From the NCBI GenBank assembly GCA_965199715.1, contig OZ241322.1, forward strand, positions 256,001-320,000: DNA of 64,000 bases. The letters run 5' to 3'. This document shows positions 21,402 to 30,952 of the stretch, piece after piece. The notes beneath the pieces are model-generated. The model did no database searches. It was given only the letters and a program-made list of their open reading frames with translations, and had not been told where the DNA came from. Position 1 is the stretch's first letter. Every line of letters starts with the position of its first letter. This stretch comes from Vicinamibacteria bacterium. GTDB lineage: Bacteria > Acidobacteriota > Vicinamibacteria > Marinacidobacterales > Marinacidobacteraceae. The translations under genes and the position numbers were made by a program.

Positions 21402-22523
21402 GTGAGCCTTCTCGCGGCGGCGCTCTCGCTGCTCGCCGTCCAGCCCTCCGCCGCGCCGGAAGGACTGCTGGGGTCGGAGCCCGGGGAGATCTTCGTGCTG
21501 ACGATGGGGCCGGACCACATGGTGCTGTTCCGGGAGTGGGGGCACGCGGCGCTGTGCGTGGACCGCATCTGCTTCAACTACGGGGTGACCGACTTCAGCC
21601 GCCCGGTCGGCCTCGCGACCGAGGTGCTGCGGGGCGAGGCGCGGTTCTGGCTCGGCCTCACGACCTACGAGCAGACGCTCGCGACGTACTTCGGCCACGA
21701 CCGCAGCGTCTTCCGCCAGGACCTCGACCTCCCGCTCGAGGCGCGGGAGGAGCTTCTCGGGATGCTCGCCGCCGACCTCGTGCCCGGGCAGTCGGAGTAC
21801 GTGTACAACCACTTCACCGAGAACTGCACGACGAGGGTCCGGGACTACGTGGACGCGGTCACGGACGGAGCGCTGTCCCGGGTCGCCGACATGCCGGAGG
21901 TCTTTCTGGACGGCTCCGGGGAGCTCGGGTTCCGCGCCCAGATCCGGCGCGGACTGGTGACGAGGCCGCTGCTGCTGTGGCTTTCGGAAGTCGGGGTCGG
22001 GGGCGCCGCGGACGGTCCGATCACGCCCTACGACGCGATGTTCGTTCCCGAGGGCCTCCGGCACGGGATCAGCCGCGGGCTGGGGTCGGAGCCGGTCCAG
22101 CTCCGTCGCGGGCGGGACGGGGACGTCCTCGCCGCCGATCCGGGGAGCCGCCCGTACCTCCCGTGGCTCTTCGCGACGGCGGCGCTCCTCGGCGCCGGAC
22201 TGCTGGTTCCCCGCTTCGCCCGGCCGGCCCGCTTCGCCACGGCGGGCGTCCTCGGCCTCGTCGGGGTCGCGGCGACGCTCGCCGCCGTCCTGAGCCCGCT
22301 CCCCGAGTTCCGCAGCAGCCTCGCCGCGCTCGTGGTCCCGCCGACCGACCTGCTGCTGGCCGCGCCCTTCGCGGCTCGCTACGCCCGCTTCCGGCTCGCC
22401 TTCGGCGCGGTCGCGATCCTCGCGCTCGTCGTCCTCGGAGCGGCGCAGCCGATCGCGTGGACCGGGCTCGCGGCGCTCGTCCCCATCGCCGCGATGGTCG
22501 TCTCCGAGCGGCGCCGTCCGTGA
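21402..22523 (+). CDS. DUF4105 / Lnb-like lipoprotein N-acyltransferase
   Basis: Signal peptide; LTMGP, WGHAAL, FNYG and YNHFTENCTTRVRD; C-terminal TM helices. Confidence 0.78.
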   Translation: MSLLAAALSLLAVQPSAAPEGLLGSEPGEIFVLTMGPDHMVLFREWGHAALCVDRICFNYGVTDFSRPVGLATEVLRGEARFWLGLTTYEQTLATYFGHDRSVFRQDLDLPLEAREELLGMLAADLVPGQSEYVYNHFTENCTTRVRDYVDAVTDGALSRVADMPEVFLDGSGELGFRAQIRRGLVTRPLLLWLSEVGVGGAADGPITPYDAMFVPEGLRHGISRGLGSEPVQLRRGRDGDVLAADPGSRPYLPWLFATAALLGAGLLVPRFARPARFATAGVLGLVGVAATLAAVLSPLPEFRSSLAALVVPPTDLLLAAPFAARYARFRLAFGAVAILALVVLGAAQPIAWTGLAALVPIAAMVVSERRRP

Positions 22524-23836
22524 CGGATTCCATCGAGCAGGCGCTGCTGCGGCGGAACATGCCGGCCGCCTTCCGGGCGTGCTTCGCCCGGTCGGCGGCG
22601 GCGGTGCGGCGGGGGCCCGGCTTCATCCCCGAGGACGAGATCGAGCCGGTCCTCGGGATTCCGAGGGCCGAGGAGCCCGCCGAACCGGCGAGCGCCGCCG
22701 ATGGCGCCCGCACGGTCGCGATCACGCTGAACGGCGGGCTCGGCACCACGATGGGGATGCAGGCTCCCAAGGCGCTGCTGTACGCCTCCGCCGGGCTCAC
22801 CTTCCTCGAGATCGCGCTGCGGCAGGCCCAGGGCGCCGGCATGCGCCCGCTGCTGATGAACAGCTTCGCGACCGACCGGGCGGTGCGCCGCGCGCTCGGG
22901 CGACGACGGGTCGCGAGCTTCCTCCAGCACGTCGCGCCGAAGCTGCGCCGGACCGACTTCCTCCCCGTCGAGGTTCCGGATCGGCCCGAACTGGAATGGT
23001 GTCCGCCGGGGCACGGGGACGCGTACACCGCGCTCGGGGCGAGCGGCTGGCTCCGCCGCCTGCTGGACGAGGGCTTCCGGTACGCCTTCCTCTCCAACGT
23101 GGACAACGCCGGGGGCAGTCCCGACCCGGCGATGCTCGGGCGCTTCCTTCGCTCCGGGGCGCCGTTCCTGATGGAGGTCGCGCGCCGGCGGCCGGACGAC
23201 TGGAAGGGCGGGCACCTGGCGCGCCGCCGCGCCGACGGTCGGCTCATCCTGCGGGAGACCGCCCAGTGCCGCGCCGAGGACGACGAATTCGCCCGGGACC
23301 ACGGGCGCTACCGATACTTCAACACGAACAACCTCTGGCTTCGCCTCGAGGCGCTGCGGGACGCGCTCGACGCCAGCGGCGGGTTCCTCCCGCTCCCGAC
23401 GATCGTGAATCCGAAGACCGCCGATCCCCGGGATCCGGAGTCGGAGCCGGTGTACCAGTTGGAACAGGCGGCCGGCACGGCGATCGAGGCGTTCGACGGC
23501 GCGGTCGCGCTGGAGACCCCGCGGCGCCGCTTCGCTCCGGTCAAGACGGTCGAGAACCTGCTGGCGCTGCGGTCGGACGTGTACGGGATCGGCCCGAACG
23601 GCGCGCTCGAACCCCGCCGGGACCCGCCGACCGTGGAACTGAGCGGCTGCCGTTTCGTCAGCGACCTCGAGGCGCGCTTTCCCCACGGGCCGCCTTCGCT
23701 CGTCGCGTGCGACCGGCTCACGGTGCAAGGCGAGGTCCGCTTCGGGAAGGACGTCGTGTGCGAGGGCGAAGTGCGGGTGGTCGGCGACGGGGAGATTCCG
23801 GACGGCGCCCGGCTGCGCGGCCTCGTCCGGGTCTGA
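22520..23836 (+). CDS. UTP--glucose-1-phosphate uridylyltransferase, eukaryote-type (UDPGP family)
   Basis: LNGGLGTTMG, LMNSF, WCPPGHGD, SNVDN, KGGHL, FNTNNLW and RRFAPVK. Confidence 0.92.
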   Translation: MTDSIEQALLRRNMPAAFRACFARSAAAVRRGPGFIPEDEIEPVLGIPRAEEPAEPASAADGARTVAITLNGGLGTTMGMQAPKALLYASAGLTFLEIALRQAQGAGMRPLLMNSFATDRAVRRALGRRRVASFLQHVAPKLRRTDFLPVEVPDRPELEWCPPGHGDAYTALGASGWLRRLLDEGFRYAFLSNVDNAGGSPDPAMLGRFLRSGAPFLMEVARRRPDDWKGGHLARRRADGRLILRETAQCRAEDDEFARDHGRYRYFNTNNLWLRLEALRDALDASGGFLPLPTIVNPKTADPRDPESEPVYQLEQAAGTAIEAFDGAVALETPRRRFAPVKTVENLLALRSDVYGIGPNGALEPRRDPPTVELSGCRFVSDLEARFPHGPPSLVACDRLTVQGEVRFGKDVVCEGEVRVVGDGEIPDGARLRGLVRV

Positions 23837-23852
23837 TTAGAATTCGTCCGCG

Positions 23853-24518
23853 ATGCGCCGGGAACACCGCCACGAACTCCAGAGCGACGAGCTCATCTCC
23901 GGGCTCGGCGCGGTGATCCACTGGGGCCGGACGAACGCCCGCGCCGTCGGCTGGGGCGCCGTGGCCGTCGTGGGCCTGGCGGCGCTCGTCGGCGGTCTCC
24001 TGACCATGCGGGCGAACCGGAAGGACGCGCTGCGGACCGAGTTGACCGCACTGGTCGGGAACGTCGAGTCCGAGGCCGGCGTCTGCGTCGAGGCGCTCCC
24101 GAGGCTGCTCGAGATCGGCGAGAGCGAGGGGAGTTCGGTCGAGGGTCGCACCGCGTCCTACTTCGCCGGGGTCTGCCGCAAGGAAGCGGGCGACTGGGCC
24201 GGCGCGGCGCAGAGCTTCGACCGCGCGCGGGGCCGCCCGGACCTGCTCTCGGCGCTCGCCACCTACGGATTCGCTCAGGCGCGGCGCGGCGAGGGCGCCG
24301 TCGAGGACGCCGCCGACGCGCTGCGCAGCCTCCTCGGCGGCGACGACGGCTTCCCGGTGGACGCCGCGCTCTACGAGCTGGCGACGCTCGAGGAGGAGCG
24401 GGGCGCGTCCGACGAGGCGCTGCGCCTTTACGAGCGGCTCGAGAGCGAGCACGCGGACTCCCGCTACCGGCCGCTCGCCGAATCGCGCGTCGCGCGGTTG
24501 GCCGAGCCGGCCCGCTAG
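23853..24518 (+). CDS. Membrane-anchored TPR protein (YfgM-like)
   Basis: Charged N-terminus, single TM, TPR-like helices (ALYELA..., ALRLYERLESEHADS). Confidence 0.7.
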   Translation: MRREHRHELQSDELISGLGAVIHWGRTNARAVGWGAVAVVGLAALVGGLLTMRANRKDALRTELTALVGNVESEAGVCVEALPRLLEIGESEGSSVEGRTASYFAGVCRKEAGDWAGAAQSFDRARGRPDLLSALATYGFAQARRGEGAVEDAADALRSLLGGDDGFPVDAALYELATLEEERGASDEALRLYERLESEHADSRYRPLAESRVARLAEPAR

Positions 24519-24519
24519 C

Positions 24520-26241
24520 TTGCCCGAGCCCGGGTTTCCCCCGGCGACCGGGGTTCGGCCGCCGCCGGCGCGACGAAGCGGCTGCCTGACGCTGATTCTG
24601 GTCGCGGCCATCGCCGTGGCCGGAGTCCTCCTCGCCGCCGGAGCCTTCCTCGGCTCATTGGGCCGGGCGGGCGTCTCGGGGGAGACCGTCCTCGTCCTCG
24701 ATCTGGGCGAGGATCTTCCCGAGACGCGGGCGTGGTCGGCGGGCTGGCTCGGCCCCGAACCGCCCGATTTCCACGCCGCGGTCGAGGCGCTCGACGCGGC
24801 GGCCCTGGACGACCGCGTCCGGGGCCTGTTGATGCGGGGGAGCGGAACGCCGCTCGGCTGGGCGCGCGTCGTCGAGCTGCATGCGGCCGTGGCCCGCTTC
24901 GGGGAGAGCGGCAAGCCCGTCGTCGCCTTCCTCGAGTCGCCGGGGATCCGGGACTACGCGCTGGCCTCGGCGGCGGACCGCGTCATCGCCCACCCGCGGG
25001 CCCGGCTGATGCTCGTCGGGGCGCCGCTCGGGGTCACGCTGTACGGCGAGCTACTGGAGAAGATGGGGATCGGCGCCCAGTTCGAGGCGATCGGCGCGTT
25101 CAAGAACAGCCCCGACGCCTTCACCCGGTCCGAGATGACCGAAGCGCACCGGGAGCAGCTCGGGGCGCTTTCGGCGGACGTGTTCGAGCACGTCTCCGGC
25201 CACGTGGCCGAGGCCCGGGGCGTCGCGACGGAGCGCGCCCGGGCGTTCCTCGGCGGCGGCCCGCACCTCGCCGACGCGGCGCGAGAGGCCGGCTTCGTGG
25301 ACGTGGTCGCGTACGCCGACGAGGCGGAGGCCGCATGGGGCGGCGCGTCCAGCTTCGCGGCGCTCGGGGACTACGCGCCGGGCCGTCCGGGAGGCCGTCG
25401 GCGGATCGCCGTGGTCCACGTCCACGGCGCGATCCTCCCGGGCGAGAGCGGCAGCGACCTCGCCGCCGGGCGGGTCGCCGGAGCGGCCACCGTGCGCGCC
25501 GCGCTGGAACAGGCGCGGGAGATGGACTCGGTGGCGGCGGTGGTCCTGCGGATCGACAGTCCGGGCGGCGCGGACACCGCGTCCGACACCATCTGGCGGG
25601 CCGCGGAGCGGGTCCGGGAGCGGAAGCCGGTCGTGGCCTCGTTCGGCGACGTGGCGGCTTCCGGCGGCTACTGGGCGGCGACCGCGGCGCGGCGCATCGT
25701 CGCGAGCCCGTTGAGCGTCACCGGCTCCATCGGCGTGTACGCCGGGAAGTTCCACGTCGGCGAGCTGCTCGACAAGGTGGGCGTCACCCTCGAGACGGTG
25801 TTCCCCGACGGGGCCCCCTCCAACAACTGGGCGAATCCGGCCGCGCCGCTGGCCCCCGCCGAGCGAGAGCGCCTCCGAGAGGGGATCGAGGACACGTACG
25901 CGGTCTTCCTCGAGCGGGTCGGCGCCGCGCGAGGCATGAGCGCCGAGCAGGTGGACGCGGTGGGCCAGGGCCGGGTGTGGTCGGGTCGGCGGGCGCTCGG
26001 GCTCGGGCTCGTGGACGAGCTCGGCGGCCTCGACGCCGCGATCCTCCACGCGAGGCGCGAGGCCGGGATTCCCGACGGCGAGGAGGTCGGGATCGTGCGG
26101 CTGCCGGAGCCGCCGGCGTTCGCGGACGCGCTCCTCGCCGAGCTGGGGATCGCGGGGTTGAGGGAACGGAGCCCGCTGCTGCGGGCGATGCTGCGGGGCG
26201 GGTGGTTCGCGCTGCTGCCGTTCGTGCCCGACCCCGCCTGA
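24520..26241 (+). CDS. sppA: Signal peptide peptidase SppA (long, two-domain type)
   Basis: FKNSPD, LRIDSPGG, VAASGGYW, TGSIGV and GQGRVWSG. Confidence 0.92.
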   Translation: MPEPGFPPATGVRPPPARRSGCLTLILVAAIAVAGVLLAAGAFLGSLGRAGVSGETVLVLDLGEDLPETRAWSAGWLGPEPPDFHAAVEALDAAALDDRVRGLLMRGSGTPLGWARVVELHAAVARFGESGKPVVAFLESPGIRDYALASAADRVIAHPRARLMLVGAPLGVTLYGELLEKMGIGAQFEAIGAFKNSPDAFTRSEMTEAHREQLGALSADVFEHVSGHVAEARGVATERARAFLGGGPHLADAAREAGFVDVVAYADEAEAAWGGASSFAALGDYAPGRPGGRRRIAVVHVHGAILPGESGSDLAAGRVAGAATVRAALEQAREMDSVAAVVLRIDSPGGADTASDTIWRAAERVRERKPVVASFGDVAASGGYWAATAARRIVASPLSVTGSIGVYAGKFHVGELLDKVGVTLETVFPDGAPSNNWANPAAPLAPAERERLREGIEDTYAVFLERVGAARGMSAEQVDAVGQGRVWSGRRALGLGLVDELGGLDAAILHARREAGIPDGEEVGIVRLPEPPAFADALLAELGIAGLRERSPLLRAMLRGGWFALLPFVPDPA

Positions 26242-26242
26242 G

Positions 26243-27859
26243 TCAGCCGTCCTTCGGGCCGAAGGCGGCCGCCTTCCGCCGCAGCGCGGCCGCGTCCGTC
26301 GCCACGTCGGGCGGCGCCTCCCGTTCGGGCGTGGCCTCGAGCTTGAGGCTCCGGGCGGGCACGGCGAGTCGGACGTCGAGCGCGCGGGCGAGGCGCAGCA
26401 CCTCGAGGATGAACTTGTGGCGCTCGGTGAGCTCCTCGTGCCAGTCATCGACCCGGAAGAAGCAGTACACCAGGACGTCCACCGACGACTCGGAGAAGCG
26501 GTTGACGTGGACCTCGTAGTAGTCGTGGCGCATCCGCGGGTTCGCCAGCACGACGTTGCGGACCCCTTCCACGAAGGCCGCGATGCGGTCGGGGTCCGCG
26601 TCGTGGCGCAGCGGGATCATCTGCTTCATCCGCCGGTATTCGCGCTGGCCCATGTTGTCCACGACCGCGTTGGCGACGGTTCGGTTGGGAACCGAGATGA
26701 CCGAGTCGTAAAAGGTGCGGATCCGCGTGGCGCGCAACCCGACGCGCTCCACCGTGCCCTCGGTGCCGTCCACGAGCACCCAGTCCCCCACCTGGAACGG
26801 CTGGTCCACGATGACCGCCATCCAGCCGAGCACGTTGGCGAGCGTGTCCTGCGCTGCGAGCGCCACGGCGAGCCCGCCGAGGCCGAGCCCGGCGACGAGC
26901 GTCGTGATCGAGTAGCCGTAGCTCTCGGCGAGGATCAGGACCGAGACGAGGACGGCCGCGATCCGCAGCACCGACCGCGCCGGCGCCACGAGCTGGTCGT
27001 CGAACGTGTTTTCGGTGCGCTCGGCGATCCGCGCCAGAAGCCGGCTGACGACTTCCACGGCCCGCAGCGCCGCCCAGACTCCGATCAGCGCGAGCGCGAG
27101 CGTCAGCAGGAAGACGAGCACGCGGCTGGCCCCGACCGGGAAGCGCAGGTCGGGGACGAAGTAGCGGGCGAACGCCACCCCCGCGAAGGTGGCGGTCGGC
27201 GCGGCCAACTGGAGGACGCCGTCGCCGAGCACCCGGGAGCGGACGGAGACCAGCGGCGCGACCGCCCGGCGCAGCAGGAGCGAGAGGAGCCATCGCAGCA
27301 GCCATCCGGCGGCGACGAGGACGACGAACCCGAGCACGGCCCACAGCGTGAAGCCGAAGTGCGAGCGCTCGAAGACCGGAGGCAGGATCTCGAGCAGCCG
27401 CCGGGCGAACCACGAGAACGTGGCGTCGTAGAGCGCGTCCGCGCCGAGCACGGTCGAGGGAGCGATCCGCCAGGCGCCGGAGGCGTCGCGGTCGAGGGCG
27501 AACTCGGGCAGGCGGACGGGGAACGGGCGGAAGCGATTCCGGTCGCTCTCCGGATCGCGGTACTCGGGGTCCGCCGGGACCGCGCTCATGACCACGAGGA
27601 GTCCCCGCGCGTCGAGCACCGACTTCAGCCGGGAGCCGACGCGCTCGGCCTCGCCCGGTTCCACGCCCGACGGGAGCGCGAGCGCGCGTCCGACCCGCTC
27701 CCAGTCGGGCGCCGGGCGAAGCTGCTCGCCGAGGAAGACGTCGAGGACCGCCCGCGGGTGGCGGAGGTCGTCGGGGACCGTCTGCGCGGGGGCGAGCGCG
27801 GGGAGCAGCGCGAGCCAGAGGCGCGCGGCGGCTCGGAGATTCACTCGGGGAAGGCTCAT
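26243..27859 (-). CDS. MscS family mechanosensitive channel with N-terminal periplasmic extension
   Basis: AGLGLGGLAVALAAQDTLAN, PFQVGDW, GTVERVGLRATRIRT and VPN. Confidence 0.92.
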   Translation of the reverse strand: MSLPRVNLRAAARLWLALLPALAPAQTVPDDLRHPRAVLDVFLGEQLRPAPDWERVGRALALPSGVEPGEAERVGSRLKSVLDARGLLVVMSAVPADPEYRDPESDRNRFRPFPVRLPEFALDRDASGAWRIAPSTVLGADALYDATFSWFARRLLEILPPVFERSHFGFTLWAVLGFVVLVAAGWLLRWLLSLLLRRAVAPLVSVRSRVLGDGVLQLAAPTATFAGVAFARYFVPDLRFPVGASRVLVFLLTLALALIGVWAALRAVEVVSRLLARIAERTENTFDDQLVAPARSVLRIAAVLVSVLILAESYGYSITTLVAGLGLGGLAVALAAQDTLANVLGWMAVIVDQPFQVGDWVLVDGTEGTVERVGLRATRIRTFYDSVISVPNRTVANAVVDNMGQREYRRMKQMIPLRHDADPDRIAAFVEGVRNVVLANPRMRHDYYEVHVNRFSESSVDVLVYCFFRVDDWHEELTERHKFILEVLRLARALDVRLAVPARSLKLEATPEREAPPDVATDAAALRRKAAAFGPKDG

Positions 27860-27867
27860 GCGTTCCG

Positions 27868-27941
27868 TACGCCTGGCAGGACTCGAACCTGCGACCTACG
27901 GATTAGGAATCCGTCGCTCTATCCACCTGAGCTACAGGCGC
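27868..27941 (-). tRNA. tRNA-Arg(CCT)
   Basis: GCGCCTG/CAGGCGT stem, ACGGA-TTCCTAA-TCCGT anticodon arm, GGTTCGAGTCC; CCA not encoded. Confidence 0.95.
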
Positions 27942-27971
27942 AGGGCGGGACATGCGCGCGAATGGTACTCG

Positions 27972-28241
27972 TCAGTGCGCGATCCGGAAGCCGTCGGGCG
28001 GGGTCCGATCCCCGATCTCTCCGACCTCGACCCGATCCACCCGGCCGGGCATGTCCCTCCTGAGGACGCCCCGGAACCGAAGGATGTCGTCGGCGTCGCC
28101 GAAGGCGAGCACTTCCACGGTTCCGTCGGGGAGATTCCGCGCCCGGCCGCGCAGGCCCAGCGCCCGCGCCGCCCGGACGGCGGCGTAGCGGAAGCCCACG
28201 CCCTGGACGTGGCCGCGGACGACGATCCGGGCCCCCGCCAC
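27972..28241 (-). CDS. acyP: Acylphosphatase
   Basis: VRGHVQGVGFR and RNLPDGTVEV. Confidence 0.92.
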   Translation of the reverse strand: MAGARIVVRGHVQGVGFRYAAVRAARALGLRGRARNLPDGTVEVLAFGDADDILRFRGVLRRDMPGRVDRVEVGEIGDRTPPDGFRIAH

Positions 28242-28244
28242 GGC

Positions 28245-29402
28245 TCAGGCGAGCGCCCGCTCCAGATCGGCGAGCAGGTCGTCTTCGTCCTCGACGCCCA
28301 CCGACAGCCGCACCAGCCCGTCGCCGATGCCGAGCCGGGCGCGGGTTTCCGCCGGAATCGAGGCGTGCGTCATGGCCGCCGGATGGTTCACGAGGCTCTC
28401 GACGCCGCCGAGGCTCTCCGCGATGTGGAAGATGCGCAGCCGCCTCATGACCTCGCTGGCGCGGTCGAAGGTCCCGACGTCGAAGGAGACCATGCCGCCG
28501 AACCCCGACATCTGGCGCTTCGCCAGCTCGTGTCCGGGATGGTGCGCGAGCCCCGGATAGAAGACGCGCTCGACTCCCGGACGCCCGTCAAGGAAGGCCG
28601 CGACCGCGCGGCCGTTCGCGTCGTGCTGGCGCATCCGCAGCGCGAGCGTCTTGGCGCTCCGGAGCAGCAACCACGACTCGAACGGCGACAGGATCGCGCC
28701 GGCGGCGTTCTGGAGCCAGCGCAGCCGCTCCAGATGCTCGTCGCCCCTGGGAATGAGGACACCGCCCACGCCGTCGCTGTGTCCGTTCAGGAACTTGGTC
28801 GCGGAGTGGACGACGAAATCCGCGCCGAGCTCCAGCGGACGCTGGAAGTACGGCGACATGAAGGTGTTGTCCACGGCGACGAGCGCGCCGCGCTCATGAG
28901 CCGCGGCGGTCAGGGCGGCCAGGTCGGCGACCCGCAGCAGCGGGTTGCTCGGGGTCTCGAGGAAGAGCATCGCGGCGCCGTCGAGGGCGCGGACGGTCGC
29001 CCCGGCGTCGCTCGTGTCGAGGAAGGTGAACTCGACGCCGCGGCGGCGGATCACCTGATCGAAGACCCGCCACGTGCCTCCGTAGGCGTCGGCGGTGGCC
29101 ACGACTCGCGATCCCGGAGCCGCGAACTCCATGAGCAGGACGATGGCCGCCATCCCCGACGCGCAGGCCACGGCGCCGGCCCCGCCCTCCAGCCCGGCGA
29201 GGTTCGCCTCCGCTGCGTCGCGCGTGGGGTTGCCGGTCCGCGAGTACTCCCACGGGCCCGGCTGACCGGGCGCCGGCTGCACGAAGGTCGTCGCCTGCAC
29301 GAGCGGAACCACCACCGCCCCGGTGCCGGGGTCGGGGTGCTGGCCCACGTGGACGGCGCGGGTCGAGAAGCCGCGGGAGTCGGGTTTCGAGGGTTCGCTC
29401 AC
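28245..29402 (-). CDS. Cystathionine gamma-lyase/synthase (Cys/Met PLP enzyme)
   Basis: YSRTGNPT, SGMAA, ETPSNP, VDNTF, HSATKFLNGHSD and AESLGGVESL. Confidence 0.93.
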   Translation of the reverse strand: MSEPSKPDSRGFSTRAVHVGQHPDPGTGAVVVPLVQATTFVQPAPGQPGPWEYSRTGNPTRDAAEANLAGLEGGAGAVACASGMAAIVLLMEFAAPGSRVVATADAYGGTWRVFDQVIRRRGVEFTFLDTSDAGATVRALDGAAMLFLETPSNPLLRVADLAALTAAAHERGALVAVDNTFMSPYFQRPLELGADFVVHSATKFLNGHSDGVGGVLIPRGDEHLERLRWLQNAAGAILSPFESWLLLRSAKTLALRMRQHDANGRAVAAFLDGRPGVERVFYPGLAHHPGHELAKRQMSGFGGMVSFDVGTFDRASEVMRRLRIFHIAESLGGVESLVNHPAAMTHASIPAETRARLGIGDGLVRLSVGVEDEDDLLADLERALA

Positions 29403-29443
29403 CGGGGGATCGTACCGGCCCCCGGCGCCATACTTGAGCGCGG
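29403..29443. promoter_or_regulatory. Bidirectional promoter with two -10-like boxes
   Basis: Minus TACGAT at 29409-29414, 6 nt before GTG; plus CATACT at 29429-29434. Confidence 0.5.
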
Positions 29444-30927
29444 ATGAGCCTTCTCCTCGCGCTCGCGGTCTCGCTCCAGCCCGCGCCCGAGGCGATTCGG
29501 GCGATCTTCGCCGAGTGGGATCGGGACGACTCGCCCGGCTGCGCCGTGGGAGCGCTCCGGAACGGCGAATTCGCGTTCCGGGACGCCTTCGGCATGGCGA
29601 ACCTCGACGACGGGGTTTCGCTCACGCCGGAATCGGTCTTCCGGATGGCCTCGGTCTCGAAGCAGTTCACCGTCGCGGCCGTGCTGCTCGCCGAGCGCGA
29701 CGGCCTCCTGACGCTCGACAACCCGATCCGCCACCACTTCCCCGAACTGCCCGCGTGGGCGGATCCGGTGACGGTCCGTCACCTGATCCACCACACGAGC
29801 GGAATTCGGGACTACCTGACGGTCATGTGGCTGCGGGGGCAGGGGGACGACGCGCACTACTCCGACGCCGACGTGGCCGGCGCGCTCGGGCGGCTCGAGC
29901 GGCTCAACTTCGAGCCCGGCAGCGAGTACCTCTACAGCAACTCCGGCTACTGGCTGCTCGGGCAACTCCTGCCTCGGGTCTCCGGGAGCTCGCTGCGCCA
30001 GTTCGCCGGGGAGCGGCTCCTCGAGCCGCTCGGCATGACCGGGAGCCACTTCCACGACGACGTCCGGGAAGTGGTGCCCGGCCGCGCCCGGGGCTACCGA
30101 CCGCGGGACGGGGGCGGCTGGGAGCTCGACGAGACCACGCTCGGGATGGTCGGCGACGGCGGCCTGTACACGTCGGTCTCGGAGATGGCCCATTGGGAGC
30201 GGATGTTCCTCGACCCGGCGGCATTCGGTCCCGAGTTCCTCGAGTCGCTCCTGCGGCGCGGGGAGCTTTCCGACGGGCGGCTCCAGACCTACGCCGGAGG
30301 CCTCGTCCACGGGACGCATGGCGGACGGGCGGTCATCCAGCACGGCGGCGGGTTCGTGGGTTTCCGCACGTTCCTGCTGCGGTTTCCTGAGGACGCCTTC
30401 GCGGTGCACGTGCTGTGCAACGCCGCGAGCGCCGATCCGGGCGCGCTGGCGCGGGCGGTCGCCGACCGGTTCCTGCCGCCGCTCGAGGAAGCGGATCCGC
30501 CGGAGGTTTTCGAGATCGAGGGTGCGTGGTGGGACGGGACCACCGGCTCCTTCGTGACCGACGCCGCGGACTTCGAGGGCCGGGTCCTTCTCGACGAGCC
30601 GGACCGCGTGGTGGTCCGGCGCCGGGCCAGCGGGACTTCCGCTACCGTCGGGTGGAGAGCTTCGTCCCCGACGAGACGGCGCTCGCCGCATTCGTCGGAT
30701 CGTGGACCTGCGACGAGCTCGGCGTGACGTGGGAACTGCGCAACGACGACCGGCCGGGCCTGACGCTCGGGACCGGCGCGGGCGACCCGATTCCGCTGGA
30801 GCCGGCGTTCCGGGGCGGCGACTCGACCGTCTTCCACTGGCCGAGCGGCACGATCCGCTTCCCGGCCGGATCCGCCAGCTTCGAGCTCGCAGCCGGCCGG
30901 GCGCGCGCCTTCCGCTTCCGCCGTTAG
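29444..30927 (+). pseudogene. Secreted serine hydrolase (beta-lactamase/AmpC-like family) with an apparent 1-nt frameshift near 30620
   Basis: SVSK, HTSG, YSNSGY and HGGG in the first frame. The C-terminal domain (QRDFRYRRVES...GSWTCDELG...FRFRR*) continues in another frame to 30927. Confidence 0.72.
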
Positions 30928-30952
30928 GCCCGCGCGACGCTGACGGCGCCTC

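Noticed and set aside
29444-30727. Antibiotic-resistance beta-lactamase
   Set aside because: The third motif is HGG rather than KTG, as in the broad serine hydrolase/peptidase family, so resistance is not supported.
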